DNA from: an uncultured delta proteobacterium
GTDB lineage: Bacteria; Myxococcota_A; Polyangia; Polyangiales; Polyangiaceae
Direction: 5' to 3'
Length of the DNA: 64,000 nt
NCBI GenBank assembly: GCA_963806225.1
Contig: CAWDXG010000004.1
Span: 2,912,001 to 2,976,000, forward strand
In this document: positions 30,205-40,480 of the stretch, one piece after another
Position numbering within the stretch: position 1 is the stretch's first letter
Layout of the letters: every line of letters begins with the position of its first letter
Notes under the pieces: generated by a model
Told to the model about the DNA's origin: nothing
Seen by the model: the letters and a program-made list of their open reading frames with translations, nothing else
The model's database searches: none
Program-made: the position numbers and the translations under genes

Positions 30205-30861
30205 ATGACTGAAGGCGCTGCCCACGAGCTGACGGCGCTGCAGCGCGACGTCCTTCGCGCTTTCTTCGAGCGCGACCGTGGTTTCTTCCTTACTGGCGGC
30301 GCGGCACTGGTCGGCTTCTACCTGCACCATCGTGACACCACGGATCTCGACCTGTTCTGCACCGACGACGATGCGTTCGAGCGCGGGCGCTTCGCGTTGG
30401 CAGGCGCCGTCGCGAAGCTCGGGGGCACACTCGCAGTGGTCCAGGACGCACCGGACTTCAAGCGCTTCAGTGTCACGCGCGGTGACGAGATCGTGATTGT
30501 CGACCTGGTGCGGGATCGCGTACCGCAGACGCACGCCCGGAAGAACGAGCTGGACGGGATCCTCGTGGACCCCGTGGACGAGATCGTCGTGAACAAGTTG
30601 ACGACCATCGCCAGCCGGATGGAGGAGCGCGACCTGGTCGATCTGTTCCTGCTCGAGCGAGCGGGATACCGCGTGGACGACCACCTCGATGCCGCTCTCG
30701 CCAAGGACGGTGGTTGCACACCTGCGACGCTCGCTTGGCTCTTGAGCGAGATCGAGATCCCGGATTCGGCGCCCCTCCCCGGCAACGTAGACGCGGTCGA
30801 GCTCCGCGAGTGGATTGGGAAGCTGGTTGTTCGACTACGGAGCGCCGCGGTGCCGAGGTAG
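30205..30861 (+). CDS. AbiEii/AbiGii family nucleotidyltransferase toxin
   Basis: FFLTGGAALVGFYLHHRDTTDLDLF; NKL...R...RDLVDL. Confidence 0.88.
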   Translation: MTEGAAHELTALQRDVLRAFFERDRGFFLTGGAALVGFYLHHRDTTDLDLFCTDDDAFERGRFALAGAVAKLGGTLAVVQDAPDFKRFSVTRGDEIVIVDLVRDRVPQTHARKNELDGILVDPVDEIVVNKLTTIASRMEERDLVDLFLLERAGYRVDDHLDAALAKDGGCTPATLAWLLSEIEIPDSAPLPGNVDAVELREWIGKLVVRLRSAAVPR

Positions 30862-30959
30862 GAGCGCTTCCCCGGCGCGCTCGCCGCTTCCTGCGTCTTG
30901 GCGACGGACCACGGCGAGCACTCGCTCTTCGATCCCGGCCAGCGGCTACGGGCGGTACA

Positions 30960-31260
30960 CGCAACCAGCCGGCGCGGGCCCTTGGGCTCCACCCCACACG
31001 ATCATCTCGGTTCCGGTCCAGACCGCGTAGTGGCCTGCGCGCGCTCCAGGCGTCCCGGGCTCCAGGGCTCCAGGGCAGTCCATTGGCCGGTCGCGGGGTC
31101 GTAGGAGGCCCCGTCGTCGAAGAAGGTCGATCCGTCCCTTCCCCCGAAGATGATCATCTTGTCGCCCGTCCAGACGGCGGAGTGGAGCGAGCGCGCTTCC
31201 GGCGCGCCCGCCGAGGCCGGAATGGGCGTCGTTACGGACGATCCCGGCGTGAACAGCACG
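30960..31260 (-). pseudogene. Kelch-repeat protein fragment
   Basis: RSLHSAVWTGDKMIIFGG...YDPATGQW; RAGHYAVWTGTEMIVWGG in a shifted frame. Confidence 0.7.
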
Positions 31261-32236
31261 CCGGTGCCGTCGTAGGTCGGCGGGGTGGTGCTGAGCGAGT
31301 TCGGCGCGGTCCGTCCGCCCTCTCACGCACGTTGGCACAGAGGGGACCCACAGGTAGACAGGGCTGGGTGTGTAGGACCGCGTCCCGCTGCCGCATCCCA
31401 CCACGAGTGCCGCAGCGGCCAGCAACAGCGCCACACCACGATGAAGCAATCACTGCTCAGCGCTATTTCGCACGACGCAGGCGAGTAGGTCTTGCAATCC
31501 TCTCCCGCGCGAGCGGTCGCGCTCCAGTCCCTGCCCTGTACGCGTGAGGAGGAACTCATGTCGAGCGCGCTGTAACATGCGTTCCATACCATATTGCCGA
31601 TTACGTACGGCCCGTTCTGTCAACGCCCAGACTGCGAAGCCGATCCCCGGGCTATGCTGGAAGCGAGGGGGATGCGCGCGATGGTGTTGGGGATGCCGAG
31701 CCCGGCGTCGCGCGGGATGTGCACCAGCGACCAGATCTCGGCGTTCACGACGCCCCACGGATTCATCCAGCCGTGCCCCGCGCGCCCGGAATCGGCACAT
31801 CCATTGCTGGACAAGTTACGCCGCGACGAGTACCCACGACAGCCGTCACTTCGTCAGGTGCGGTGCCTTCTCGTCGGCCTGCCAGTGTGCGACCGTAACG
31901 ACTTCGCCCGCGCTCGTGCCCTGGGATCCGTCTCGTTCCTGCAGGACCACCAGATTGGCGATCAACTCGCCGTCTGCGCTGCTACGGCCGACGCTGCCAA
32001 ATCCGCCGAGCCTCAAACTGTCGCGGGCCCCGCCGTTGGCCGAGATCGCGAAGCTTCCGGTCAAGCGTGATCGCACCCCTCGGAAATGCCTCGTCACGAT
32101 CAGGATGTCCGGCAGACTGCGGCTGAAGTGCTGCAGTAGGGCATGGGGGTGAAAGTGTGGGCATAGTCAATTGTTCGCTCGTATCGGCCTACCCCTCGGG
32201 CACTCCCAGCAGTCCCGCGCACATCCAGATCCGACC

Positions 32237-32326
32237 CAGCTGGTTGATGAAGATGAGCGTCGTGCCTGTGCGTGAAACGACACCGTTGAGCTTGCGCAAT
32301 GCCTGGCTCATCAAGCGCGCGTGCAG
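32237..32326 (-). pseudogene. recA internal fragment (30 codons)
   Basis: LHARLMSQALRKLNGVVSRTGTTLIFINQL; flanks are not RecA-like. Confidence 0.8.
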
Positions 32327-32429
32327 CCGCAACGCCGCCTTTGCTGGATGCTGCCGGTCATGCTCCTCGGGGGCGGTTCGGTGTTCGCCTACGCCGCAAG
32401 CCGCTGGGCGAGCGCGCTGGCGCAGCGGC

Positions 32430-33644
32430 TCAGCCTTCCGGGTCCGGATTCGCAGGCGGCATCCTGAGCGCGCCGCGCTCTTCCGCCTCCTCGAGCGCGC
32501 GTGCGATCCTCCGGTCGTCGATCTCGTCGGCTGACGCGGCATCCAGCGCGATGCGGAGGTGCGGATCCGCCGACGTTGCCGCGGCAACGCGGATGCGGCG
32601 TCGGGCCTCGTCATCGCGGCTTCTCAGCGCGAGCGCCGCGGCGACGCGTCGCTCCAGCGGCGCGTTCGGATCGGCCAGAACATCGTCGAGCTCGACCTGG
32701 CCTAGCCCGGCGCTGCGGAATCCGGCTTCGCCAAACGCCGGATCGCCGAGTGCCGTTCGCCACTCCTCGACCGATCGCCCTTTCCTGTCGAGCGCGTCGA
32801 GCGGCGGCGCGTCCACCGCGGCCGCCGCCGCGCGCCCGCGCTCGATGTGGTCGAAGAGCGCGTCCACCTGGTCGTGGGACTGCCCGCTGGCGAACAACCT
32901 CACCTCGCCCGAGGTCGTTCCGAGCACGACGACCCCACCCTTGAAGATCCCGGTATCAGCCCCATGCTCGCGCTTCGCGCTGGTGATCGAGGAGTACGGA
33001 ATGAACTTCGGGTGGAGGACTCCGGTGATGCGAATGCCGTCCAGGCCGACGGTCGCGTTCGGCCGGAACCAGACGCCGCAGACGGTCGCAACCAGGACCG
33101 ACAAGGTCATGGAGATTGTGAAAGCGTAGAGCGGCCCCACGATGTGGAGCACGTTCATCGGCAGCAAGGTGCCGAGCCACACGACGCACCACGCGACCAG
33201 CACGTTGGCAAACGTATCGATCGCGCCGCGAAGCGGCACCCGGAGCGTGCGCTGCTCCAGCGTGACGCCGAGATGCTGCAGTATGCCGTTGGCGTAGCCG
33301 CCCTCCAGCGTCGCTTCGATCACTGCGCCGCCTTCCAGTCGTAGCACCAGGCGATCAGGCGTCGGTGCGTACCCGTCCTCGATATGACCCGCTCGCACCA
33401 CGCGCGCAGGGCGCAAGGCCATCCTCGGCGCACGGATCTTGATCGCGCGTTCGGCAAGCTCGATCGCGTGACGCGATCCCAGTTGGGAGTCGCGGAGAAC
33501 CAGGCGCGCCAGGATCGACGCAATAACAAGGAAGAAGAATAACTCCAGGGGTATCTTCGCGGCTTCTCCCGCGAGCGCGAAAATCCCCAGCACGAAAAGC
33601 ATCGGCAGGCACACCACCAGCGCCGATATGGCCAGCGCGCGCAC
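32430..33644 (-). CDS. Membrane protein, hypothetical (myxobacterial)
   Basis: Two TM hairpins and a helical C-terminus; start uncertain. Confidence 0.7.
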   Translation of the reverse strand: MRALAISALVVCLPMLFVLGIFALAGEAAKIPLELFFFLVIASILARLVLRDSQLGSRHAIELAERAIKIRAPRMALRPARVVRAGHIEDGYAPTPDRLVLRLEGGAVIEATLEGGYANGILQHLGVTLEQRTLRVPLRGAIDTFANVLVAWCVVWLGTLLPMNVLHIVGPLYAFTISMTLSVLVATVCGVWFRPNATVGLDGIRITGVLHPKFIPYSSITSAKREHGADTGIFKGGVVVLGTTSGEVRLFASGQSHDQVDALFDHIERGRAAAAAVDAPPLDALDRKGRSVEEWRTALGDPAFGEAGFRSAGLGQVELDDVLADPNAPLERRVAAALALRSRDDEARRRIRVAAATSADPHLRIALDAASADEIDDRRIARALEEAEERGALRMPPANPDPEG

Positions 33645-33739
33645 AAAGCGCCCCGGCCGCACCTGGATGCTACGGCACGCGATCACCAGGTCAGTATATG
33701 TCGCGACGAAGCCACCGCGCGCCGCGCGAGGTGATACCT

Positions 33740-33860
33740 GGACTCCGTCCCGGAAAACGACACGCCGGAGTGGCTCAGCCCGGACGGCTGCCGGATCTAC
33801 ATCGCAAGCAAGCGCGACAACGCTACCTGCCATATCTACGTCGCCCAACGCGGCCATTGA
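33740..33860 (+). pseudogene. C-terminal fragment of a PD40/TolB-like repeat protein
   Basis: DTPEWLSPDGCRIYIASKR...HIYVAQRGH*. Confidence 0.5.
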
Positions 33861-34040
33861 GCGACCCGCGACCGAGGGCCAGGAAGTCCAACCCCATTCC
33901 CGAAGTGTGCGCCTGGCGGCAGAGCCGGGACAGTGGAGCGGGGGTCAACGGCGCGGATCGGCGCGGACAGGCTGGTGGAAGGGCGTAACCACCGGGAATC
34001 AGTGGACATAACGCCCAGACTGCGAAGTCGTCCCCGGGCT

Positions 34041-34223
34041 ATGCTGAAACGTTACGATCGGATCCCTTGTCTGCCATCGAAGGCGCGGCACTTCACGGGG
34101 CCGGGCGACTTCTACACCAGTGTGATCGCGAAGCTTTTCTCTGGAGAAGGGCTCGGCAAGCGGGCGCTCACGTACGAGATAGGGGCTCATCTGCCGTTGT
34201 GGGTGCAGGTGCGCACTGGGTGA
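34041..34223 (+). pseudogene. C-terminal fragment of an endonuclease/exonuclease/phosphatase-family gene
   Basis: YDRI...DFY...TYEIGAHLPLWVQV resembles a degenerate SDHLPLW motif. Confidence 0.4.
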
Positions 34224-34320
34224 GGACGCTGGCGTTTCCACAAAGCGACGATTTCACGCAACCGCAACCGCGATCGTCCGACTGGCGGCTGTGCCCCAGC
34301 GACCAGGAGCCCTAGAGGAG

Positions 34321-35601
34321 CCTGTGTCGGCTACCTGTCGTGGCTACTCCTCGCGTCCGCCGCAGAATCCCTCGGGAATCCGCCGCGCACAAGACTTGAA
34401 CGGCGCGGCGCGATCGGGCACATCGCGCTCGTGCTCGACGCCTTGGTTCATCGCTTTCGCGACGCCATGCGCGATGTAGCGGAACGCGTGGCAGCGGTGG
34501 TGCGGACCGGCACACGGCCGAGCCCGGGCCCTGTCATCAGCGGGCTGCTCCGCGACGTGGCACGTTCGCGCAGAGAGCTCATCGCGGACAACATGCTGCT
34601 CCGTCAGCAGCTCGTCGTCGCGGCACGGCGGGTCAAGAAGCCGAGGTTCGCGGCGCACGAGCGCGGGCTTCTCGTCGCGCTCGCCCATTTCGTGCCGCGG
34701 TGGCGTGACGCCGTGCTGCTCGTGAGGCCAGAGACGATCCTACGCTGGCATCGGGCAGGCTTCAGGCTGTTCTGGCGGGCAAAGTCCACGGTGCGCGCGC
34801 GTGGCATGCCGACCCGACGCACGCCGCCGGAGACGGTCGAGCTCATCCGGAGGCTGGCCCAAGAGAACCCGCTCTGGGGCGCCGAACGGATCCGCGGCGA
34901 GCTGCTCAAGCTCGGCATCCGCGTGGCGAAGCGCACCGTCCAGAAGTACATGCGCCAGGTACGGGGGCCGCGGCAGTGGGGGCAGAGCTGGTCGACGTTC
35001 CTCGGGAACCACCTGCACCAGAGCTGGGCGTGCGACTTCCTGCAGCTCTACGACATCTGGTTCCGGCCCATCTTCGCGTTCTTCATCGTCGAGCTCGGCT
35101 CGCGCAGGGTCGTGCACGTCGGCGTGACGTGCAGTCCCAGCGCGACGTGGGTCGCCCAGCAGCTCCGCAACGCGACGCCGTTCGCCGCCGGGCCGCGGTT
35201 CATCATCCGCGACAAAGACGACAAGTTCGGGCCCGACTTCGAACGCGCAGCCAAGGCAGCGGGTATCCGGGTCCTCCGCACCGCGGTGAAGGCCCCGCGC
35301 ATGAACTCCTTCTGCGAGCGGTTCCTCGGCAGCGTGCGGCGCGAGTGCCTGGACCACGTCATCGTGCTCGGCGAAGCGCACCTGCATCGTGTGCTGCGCG
35401 AGTATTGCTTTGCGTACTTCAATCGGGCGCGGCCTCATCAGGGCATCGGACAGCTCGTTCCGATCGATTCGTCATCCGGCGGAGCAGGAAACGGGGCGGT
35501 CACCGGGCGCGCCATTCTGAACGGGCTTCATCACGACTACCGGCGAGCGGCGTGATGCTGCCGCTTTCATGCGCGCGGATGATTCGGCTAGCCAGCACAG
35601 G
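34321..35601 (+). mobile_element. IS element (IS481/IS3-like, integrase-core transposase)
   Basis: Imperfect terminal inverted repeats: left CCTGTGTCGGCTA, right end reverse-complement CCTGTGCTGGCTA; TGT...ACA ends; no clear target duplication. Confidence 0.7.
34431..35555 (+). CDS. Integrase core domain (rve) transposase
   Basis: RPETILRWHR, NPLWGAERIRGEL, WACDF, IRDKDDKF, ERFLGSVRRECLD, RPHQG. Confidence 0.92.
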   Translation: MLDALVHRFRDAMRDVAERVAAVVRTGTRPSPGPVISGLLRDVARSRRELIADNMLLRQQLVVAARRVKKPRFAAHERGLLVALAHFVPRWRDAVLLVRPETILRWHRAGFRLFWRAKSTVRARGMPTRRTPPETVELIRRLAQENPLWGAERIRGELLKLGIRVAKRTVQKYMRQVRGPRQWGQSWSTFLGNHLHQSWACDFLQLYDIWFRPIFAFFIVELGSRRVVHVGVTCSPSATWVAQQLRNATPFAAGPRFIIRDKDDKFGPDFERAAKAAGIRVLRTAVKAPRMNSFCERFLGSVRRECLDHVIVLGEAHLHRVLREYCFAYFNRARPHQGIGQLVPIDSSSGGAGNGAVTGRAILNGLHHDYRRAA

Positions 35602-35949
35602 GGCGACAACCTCGGCGTCCTGCGTGCGTGCCCGGAGCGCGCGCGTCTTTTCGCTCATCGCCTCTTCGCCCGTGCCGTCGGCACGACGCGCGATCTGTCG
35701 GAGCAGCGGCCACTGGGGTGAGGACCATGGCTGCCCACCCTAGGGCAGTCGTGCCGGCCTCGGCAACGGGTGAAAGTGCTGCAGAGCCCGGCCGTACTCG
35801 CGCTGCGCCTCGGGGTGGGCGGCTGCGGGAAGCTCCACGCGGCTTGCCGATCCGTGCCGCGAGCAATTTCCCCCGAGCCGGATCGCGGGAAGGGCCGCAC
35901 ACAGGAGTGTGGAAGCGCCAACCCTGCCCCTGCCGCCTCCCGATCGCGC

Positions 35950-36963
35950 CTAAGAGCACGATGCCGACGCGAGCTCCAGCCCGTACCACATGCCGCGCAG
36001 CGACGGGCTGCCGATACTGGACTTGTCGTTGCCCAGCGGCAGAAGCACGTAGCTGGTTTCGCCCACGGCCTCGAACACCAGGCCCTGGCTCGGTCGCGCC
36101 GACAGCGACAGCGTCGCCAGCGGCCAGCCCCATGGAGCGATGGTCGACGTCCCGGCTGTCCGCGCACCGGCGAGGCCGACCGAGCGCGCTGCTCCAACGC
36201 GCAGACCGCCGCCGATGCGCACCGAGAACCAGTCCCAGTTCTGGTGCAAGTAGACCGAGCTGCCGAGCGTGGCGGTCTCCACCTGGTAGCGCCCGGCCGT
36301 CGTACCCAGCTCGCCGCGATCGATCACTGCGTCGAGCGACCAGGAGACGTGGCGCATGGGTTCGTCGCCCAGCCGACGCCGCCGCCCCAGAGCGCTCCGG
36401 GATGCGAGAAGAAGGCGCGCTGGGATATCACCGCCAGTAGCCGGAACGGGCGCCGCGGTGGAGGCTTCTTCCAGGGCTTCTCGATAGAAGGGACCGGCTG
36501 CCCGCCCCGCCCTGTTACCCGGTCGCGCGCAGCTTCGCGCGCCGCGGCCGGTGGCGGCGGACCGGCTGGCTCCACCTGTGGATCGGGATTGGTCTCGAGC
36601 TCGCTCCAGCTCGCGAGCACCAGCTCCGACGTGGCGATCGCGATCAGCCGCGCCCTGGCGTTGGGCGCCGCTGCGCCCACGTTGATGTGGCGCGTGACGA
36701 TTCTTGCGACTCAGCGGATCCTGCACGCGCAGCTCGGCGTCGTGGTCGTGGCATACGACGACCGCCGTGGTCACGCCCGGACCGGGCGCGTCGGCCAGCT
36801 CGGCGCCCAGCTCGGCGGCGAGGATGCGACGCACCGCTGGCACCGACAGGCCGCTGCAGCTCTGCAACTCGAGATCGACCTCCGGGGCCACCTGCGCCCG
36901 CGCCTGGGCCGCAAGAAACGATACGCCCACCAGCACCAGCACCGGGATCGGCCAGGCCTTCAC
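35950..36963 (-). CDS. Exported hypothetical protein (frameshifted)
   Basis: Signal peptide VKAWPIPVLVLVG; coherent pieces in alternating frames. Confidence 0.55.
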   Translation of the reverse strand: MKAWPIPVLVLVGVSFLAAQARAQVAPEVDLELQSCSGLSVPAVRRILAAELGAELADAPGPGVTTAVVVCHDHDAELRVQDPLSRKNRHAPHQRGRSGAQRQGAADRDRHVGAGARELERARDQSRSTGGASRSAATGRGARSCARPGNRAGRAAGPFYREALEEASTAAPVPATGGDIPARLLLASRSALGRRRRLGDEPMRHVSWSLDAVIDRGELGTTAGRYQVETATLGSSVYLHQNWDWFSVRIGGGLRVGAARSVGLAGARTAGTSTIAPWGWPLATLSLSARPSQGLVFEAVGETSYVLLPLGNDKSSIGSPSLRGMWYGLELASASCS

Positions 36964-37046
36964 GCGGCGATGGTAGATCAACCGGAGCCGATTTCCGAAA
37001 CAGCGACGAGCCGGAATCGTCCGGACATGTGACTACTGAGTGGAAA

Positions 37047-37715
37047 GTGCGATTTCCGCTGTCCGTTCTGCTAGCCGGAGTAGTCCTGGTCACTCCCCGG
37101 GTTGGCGCAGCCCAGCCGGGGCCGGCGGAGGAAGCCATCCACGTGGCAAACCCGCCCACGCTCTCGGTCGGTCTGCAGGGCTACGCGGGGATGGGCGTGC
37201 TCGCCAACAGCGAGCGCGCGGATGCGTATGCCCTGGGCGGCGGCGCGCTCGAGGTGCGCTCGAGCTACTTCCAGCTCGGCGGCTTCGCCGAGGCCGGCGA
37301 GCTACCCCAGGACACGCTCCGGAGCTACGGCGGCTTTGTAGGAGGCTGGCTGCCGTTCGCCCACTGGGTCACCTTCGACGCGGCGCTCGGCGCAGGCCGC
37401 CACACGTATGTCAACACCGACGCGCGCTACGGCCCCGGTGGCTACTCGCTCGGCAGCTGGTTCGGCACGCTCAGGCTCGGCGTCTCCGATTGCTCGCACG
37501 GCATCCTAGGCGCGCTACTGGGGAGTGATGCTGCTCGCTTCGCTCGACCTGGACCGTCACTCGATCCACTGGCGCTACGGAACAGCCGACAACCGCCAGG
37601 AAGTCACCGGCGTACGCGCCAGGTCGGGGGCTTCTCGCTCGGCGTCGCATTCACCGTCGGCTTGGACGGCTCCACCCGCAGCGAAGCTACGACACCCGCC
37701 CACGGCATGGAATGA
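37047..37715 (+). CDS. Putative outer-membrane beta-barrel protein (frameshifted near 37530 and 37610)
   Basis: Signal peptide; Gly/aromatic alternating strands. Confidence 0.55.
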   Translation: MRFPLSVLLAGVVLVTPRVGAAQPGPAEEAIHVANPPTLSVGLQGYAGMGVLANSERADAYALGGGALEVRSSYFQLGGFAEAGELPQDTLRSYGGFVGGWLPFAHWVTFDAALGAGRHTYVNTDARYGPGGYSLGSWFGTLRLGVSDCSHGILGALLGSDAARFARPGPSLDPLALRNSRQPPGSHRRTRQVGGFSLGVAFTVGLDGSTRSEATTPAHGME

Positions 37716-37770
37716 AGCGAGGCCGCCTCCGGCGTGGAAGCGGCCTCGCAATGTCGGTGTGTCGGCCCGA

Positions 37771-39787
37771 CTAGCCGTGACGCCGACGCCGGCGTTGCTC
37801 GAGCAAGCCGACCGCCCCGAGCAGCAGGAGCGCGCCACTGCCACCCGGCGTCGGAGCGCCGTCTGCCATGTGGCAGCCGCAGCCGCCCTTGTTGCCGGAA
37901 GTCGCCGCCGCCGATCCGCCGCCGCCATCGACGCCGCCATCGACGCCGATACCGCCGGCGCCAGCCGATCCGCGCTGCCCGAGAACCCACCGGAGCCGCC
38001 CGTCGCCGTGCCGCCGGAGCCGCCCGTCGCCGGCGCCGCCGGAGCCGCCCGTCGCCGTACCGCCGGAGCTGCCTGTCGCCAGACCGCCGGAGCCGCCCGT
38101 CGCCGTACCGCCGGAGCCGCCCATCGCCGTACCGCCGGTGCCGCCCGTGCTTGTCGTTCCGCCGGTGCCGCCCGTGCTTGTCGTTCCGCCGGTGCCGCCC
38201 GTGCTTGTCGTTCCGCCGGCGCCGCCCGTGCTTGTCGTTCCGCCGGTGCCGCCCGTGCTTGTCGTTCCGCCGGCGCCGGCTGTACCGCCGTCGACGCCGC
38301 AGCCGCTGATGAGCGTGTTGCTGCAAGTGTTGGTGGCGGTGTCGCAGGTATCGGTGGTGCAGGCGTTGCCGTCGTTGCAGTCCGCATTCGAGGTGCAGCA
38401 GCCTACGACAGCGGTGTTCGAGCACGTGCCCGAGTTGCAGGTGTCGGTGGTACAGGCGTTGTTGTCGTTGCAGCCCGCATTGCTGCTGCAGCAGCCCGCG
38501 ATCGCCGAGTGCGAGCACGTGTGGTTGGCTGGATCGCACACGTCCGCGGTGCAACTGTTGCCATCCGAGCAGTCGCCATTCGTCAGGCAGCAGCCCGCCA
38601 CGACCGTGTTGCTGCAGGTCCCGGTCGCGGTATTGCAACGTATCTGGGTGGTGCAGGCGTTCTGGTCGTTGCAGTCCGCGTCGCTCGCGCAGCACCCCGT
38701 CTTCGCGGTGTAGACGCACTGGTTGTTGGTGCAGGCCGCCGTCGTGCAGGTCGACGTGTTCGTGCAGTCGGCACCGCTCTGGCAGCACCCGGTGATCGCG
38801 CTGAACACGCAGGTGCCGGTCACAAGATCGCAGCTGTCGGCCGTACACGCATTGCCATCGCTGCAGTCGGCGTTCGAAGCGCAGCAACCGGCTTGCGGCG
38901 TGTGCGAGCAGGTGTGGGTGCTCGTGTCGCACACGTCGAGTGTGCAGGTGTTCGCGTCCGCACAGTCGCCGCTGGTATTGCAGCAACCGGCCACCGGCGT
39001 GCTCGTGCAGGTACCCGTCGACGTGTCACAGGTATTGGTCGTGCAGGCGTTGTTGTCTGCACAGTCCGCGTCCGTCGAGCAGCAACCCGCGACCTGCGTA
39101 TGGGTACAGGTGTTGGTCGCCGTGTTGCACGTATCGGTGGTGCAGGCGTTGCCGTCGGCGCAGTCCGCGTTGCCGAGGCAACAGCCGCTGACCAGCGCGT
39201 GCGTGCAGGTGTGCGTCGTCAGATTGCAGCTATCCGACGTGCAAACGTTGGTATCCGCACAGTCGGCGTCCGTGTTGCAGCAACCCGTCGTCGCCTTGTT
39301 GACGCAGGTTCCGGTGGACGTGTCGCAACTGTCGGTCGTGCAGGTGTTGCCGTCGTTGCAGCTCGGCATTGGTCGCGCAGCAGCCGGCCTGGGCCGTGTG
39401 CACGCACTGCTTCGTGGTCGTGTTGCAACTGTCGGCCGTGCAGGTGTTGCCGACGTTGCAGTCGGCGTTGGTCGTGCAGCAACCGGCGAGAGCCGTGTGC
39501 GAGCAGGTATTCGTCGCCACGTCGCAGAGGTCGCTCGTGCACGCATTGCCGTCGCTGCAGTCCGAAGGCTTCGTACAGCATCCGGCGACGGCTGTATTGG
39601 TGCAGGTGTGCGTTGTCGTGTCGCAGGCATCGGTCGTACAGACGTTGCCGTCGCTGCACTGCACGTCGGTCGTGCAGGCGACCGCTGCTTGCTGGCTCGA
39701 GCCCAGCGGCGGGCTCTTGTCCTGCGAGCTACAGCCGAGCAACGCCACCGCGGCGAGGCTCGCAAGAATTGCTAGACGTTGGATCAT
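37771..39787 (-). CDS. Large Cys-rich repeat surface protein with MYXO-CTERM-like tail (frameshifted)
   Basis: GGAGG RBS; VALLG-C; about 13 repeats of CCxxxxDCxDxNxCTxDxC; GCGCHM...GALLLLGAVGLL...RRRRR. Confidence 0.85.
38132..38266 (-). repeat. 27-bp tandem repeat x5 encoding a GGTTSTGGT linker
   Basis: ccgccggtgccgcccgtgcttgtcgtt copies, one with a single substitution. Confidence 0.9.
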
Positions 39788-39954
39788 TAAGGTCCCTCCT
39801 GGTCCTCGGGTGTGGTCCGCGCTGCTGGCCGCACGGACCTGCTTTTTGTCGGGCAGTGTCGCGGGAGGGCGCGGATGGCTCGGGAAACTTCCAGGGGGCC
39901 ACGCCGTGCATTTTCTCGAGCCGTCCGGACACCCTGGGCACACTGCCTCGACAC

Positions 39955-40470
39955 ATGCCCCCACATCGTCGTCGTTCTGGTTCGCGATCCGCCCGCCTCC
40001 GGCTGCCGGGGCTTCGAACGATGCCACACTACTACTAGGTGCGGCGCTGGTGCTCGTGGCCTGCTCCGGCTCGCAGGCTAGTGCAGGCGGCGGCGGCACA
40101 CAGACGTGCACGAACAGCGCGTGCTCGTGCAACGGAACCGCGTCGGTATCCTTTGCCAAGCAAGTCCAGCCGATCCTCTGGTCCACCTGCGCGGTGCAGG
40201 GCTGCCGCCGGTGGCGCGAACCCCGTCGCAGGCCTGGACCTGACTGCCGGCGCGGCGTACCAGAATCTGGTCGGCGTCGCGTCGACGGAATGCAGCACGA
40301 TGCGGGTAACAGCTGGAGATCCGTCGAACAGCTACCTCATCCACAAGCTCGTGCGGGTTTTTCTGGATCTGCTCGGGCACGCAGATGCCGAAGGCCGGCT
40401 CCCTTTCCAGACTGACCTTGACCTGATCAGCGGCTGGATCTGCCAGCGGCGCAGCCGACAACTTCGGAGG
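39955..40470 (+). CDS. Lipoprotein with cytochrome c-like domain (frameshifted)
   Basis: LVLVA-C; VSFAKQVQPILWSTCAVQGC, then frameshift to GLDLTAGAAYQNLVGV...RVTAGDPSNSYLIHKL; the expected heme His falls at the frameshift. Confidence 0.55.
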
Positions 40471-40480
40471 GAGCAAGCTT

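Noticed and set aside
31540..32200. Short ORFs in the lower-GC patch before the recA scrap
   Set aside because: No recognisable motif or consistent frame, so no call can be supported.
25300..34320. Integron cassette array, DGR or retron
   Set aside because: No integron integrase, reverse transcriptase, attC-like repeats or template/variable repeat pair was seen.
38132..38266. 27-bp repeats as a CRISPR array or ncRNA array
   Set aside because: Head-to-tail without spacers, a multiple of 3, and inside a CDS linker.
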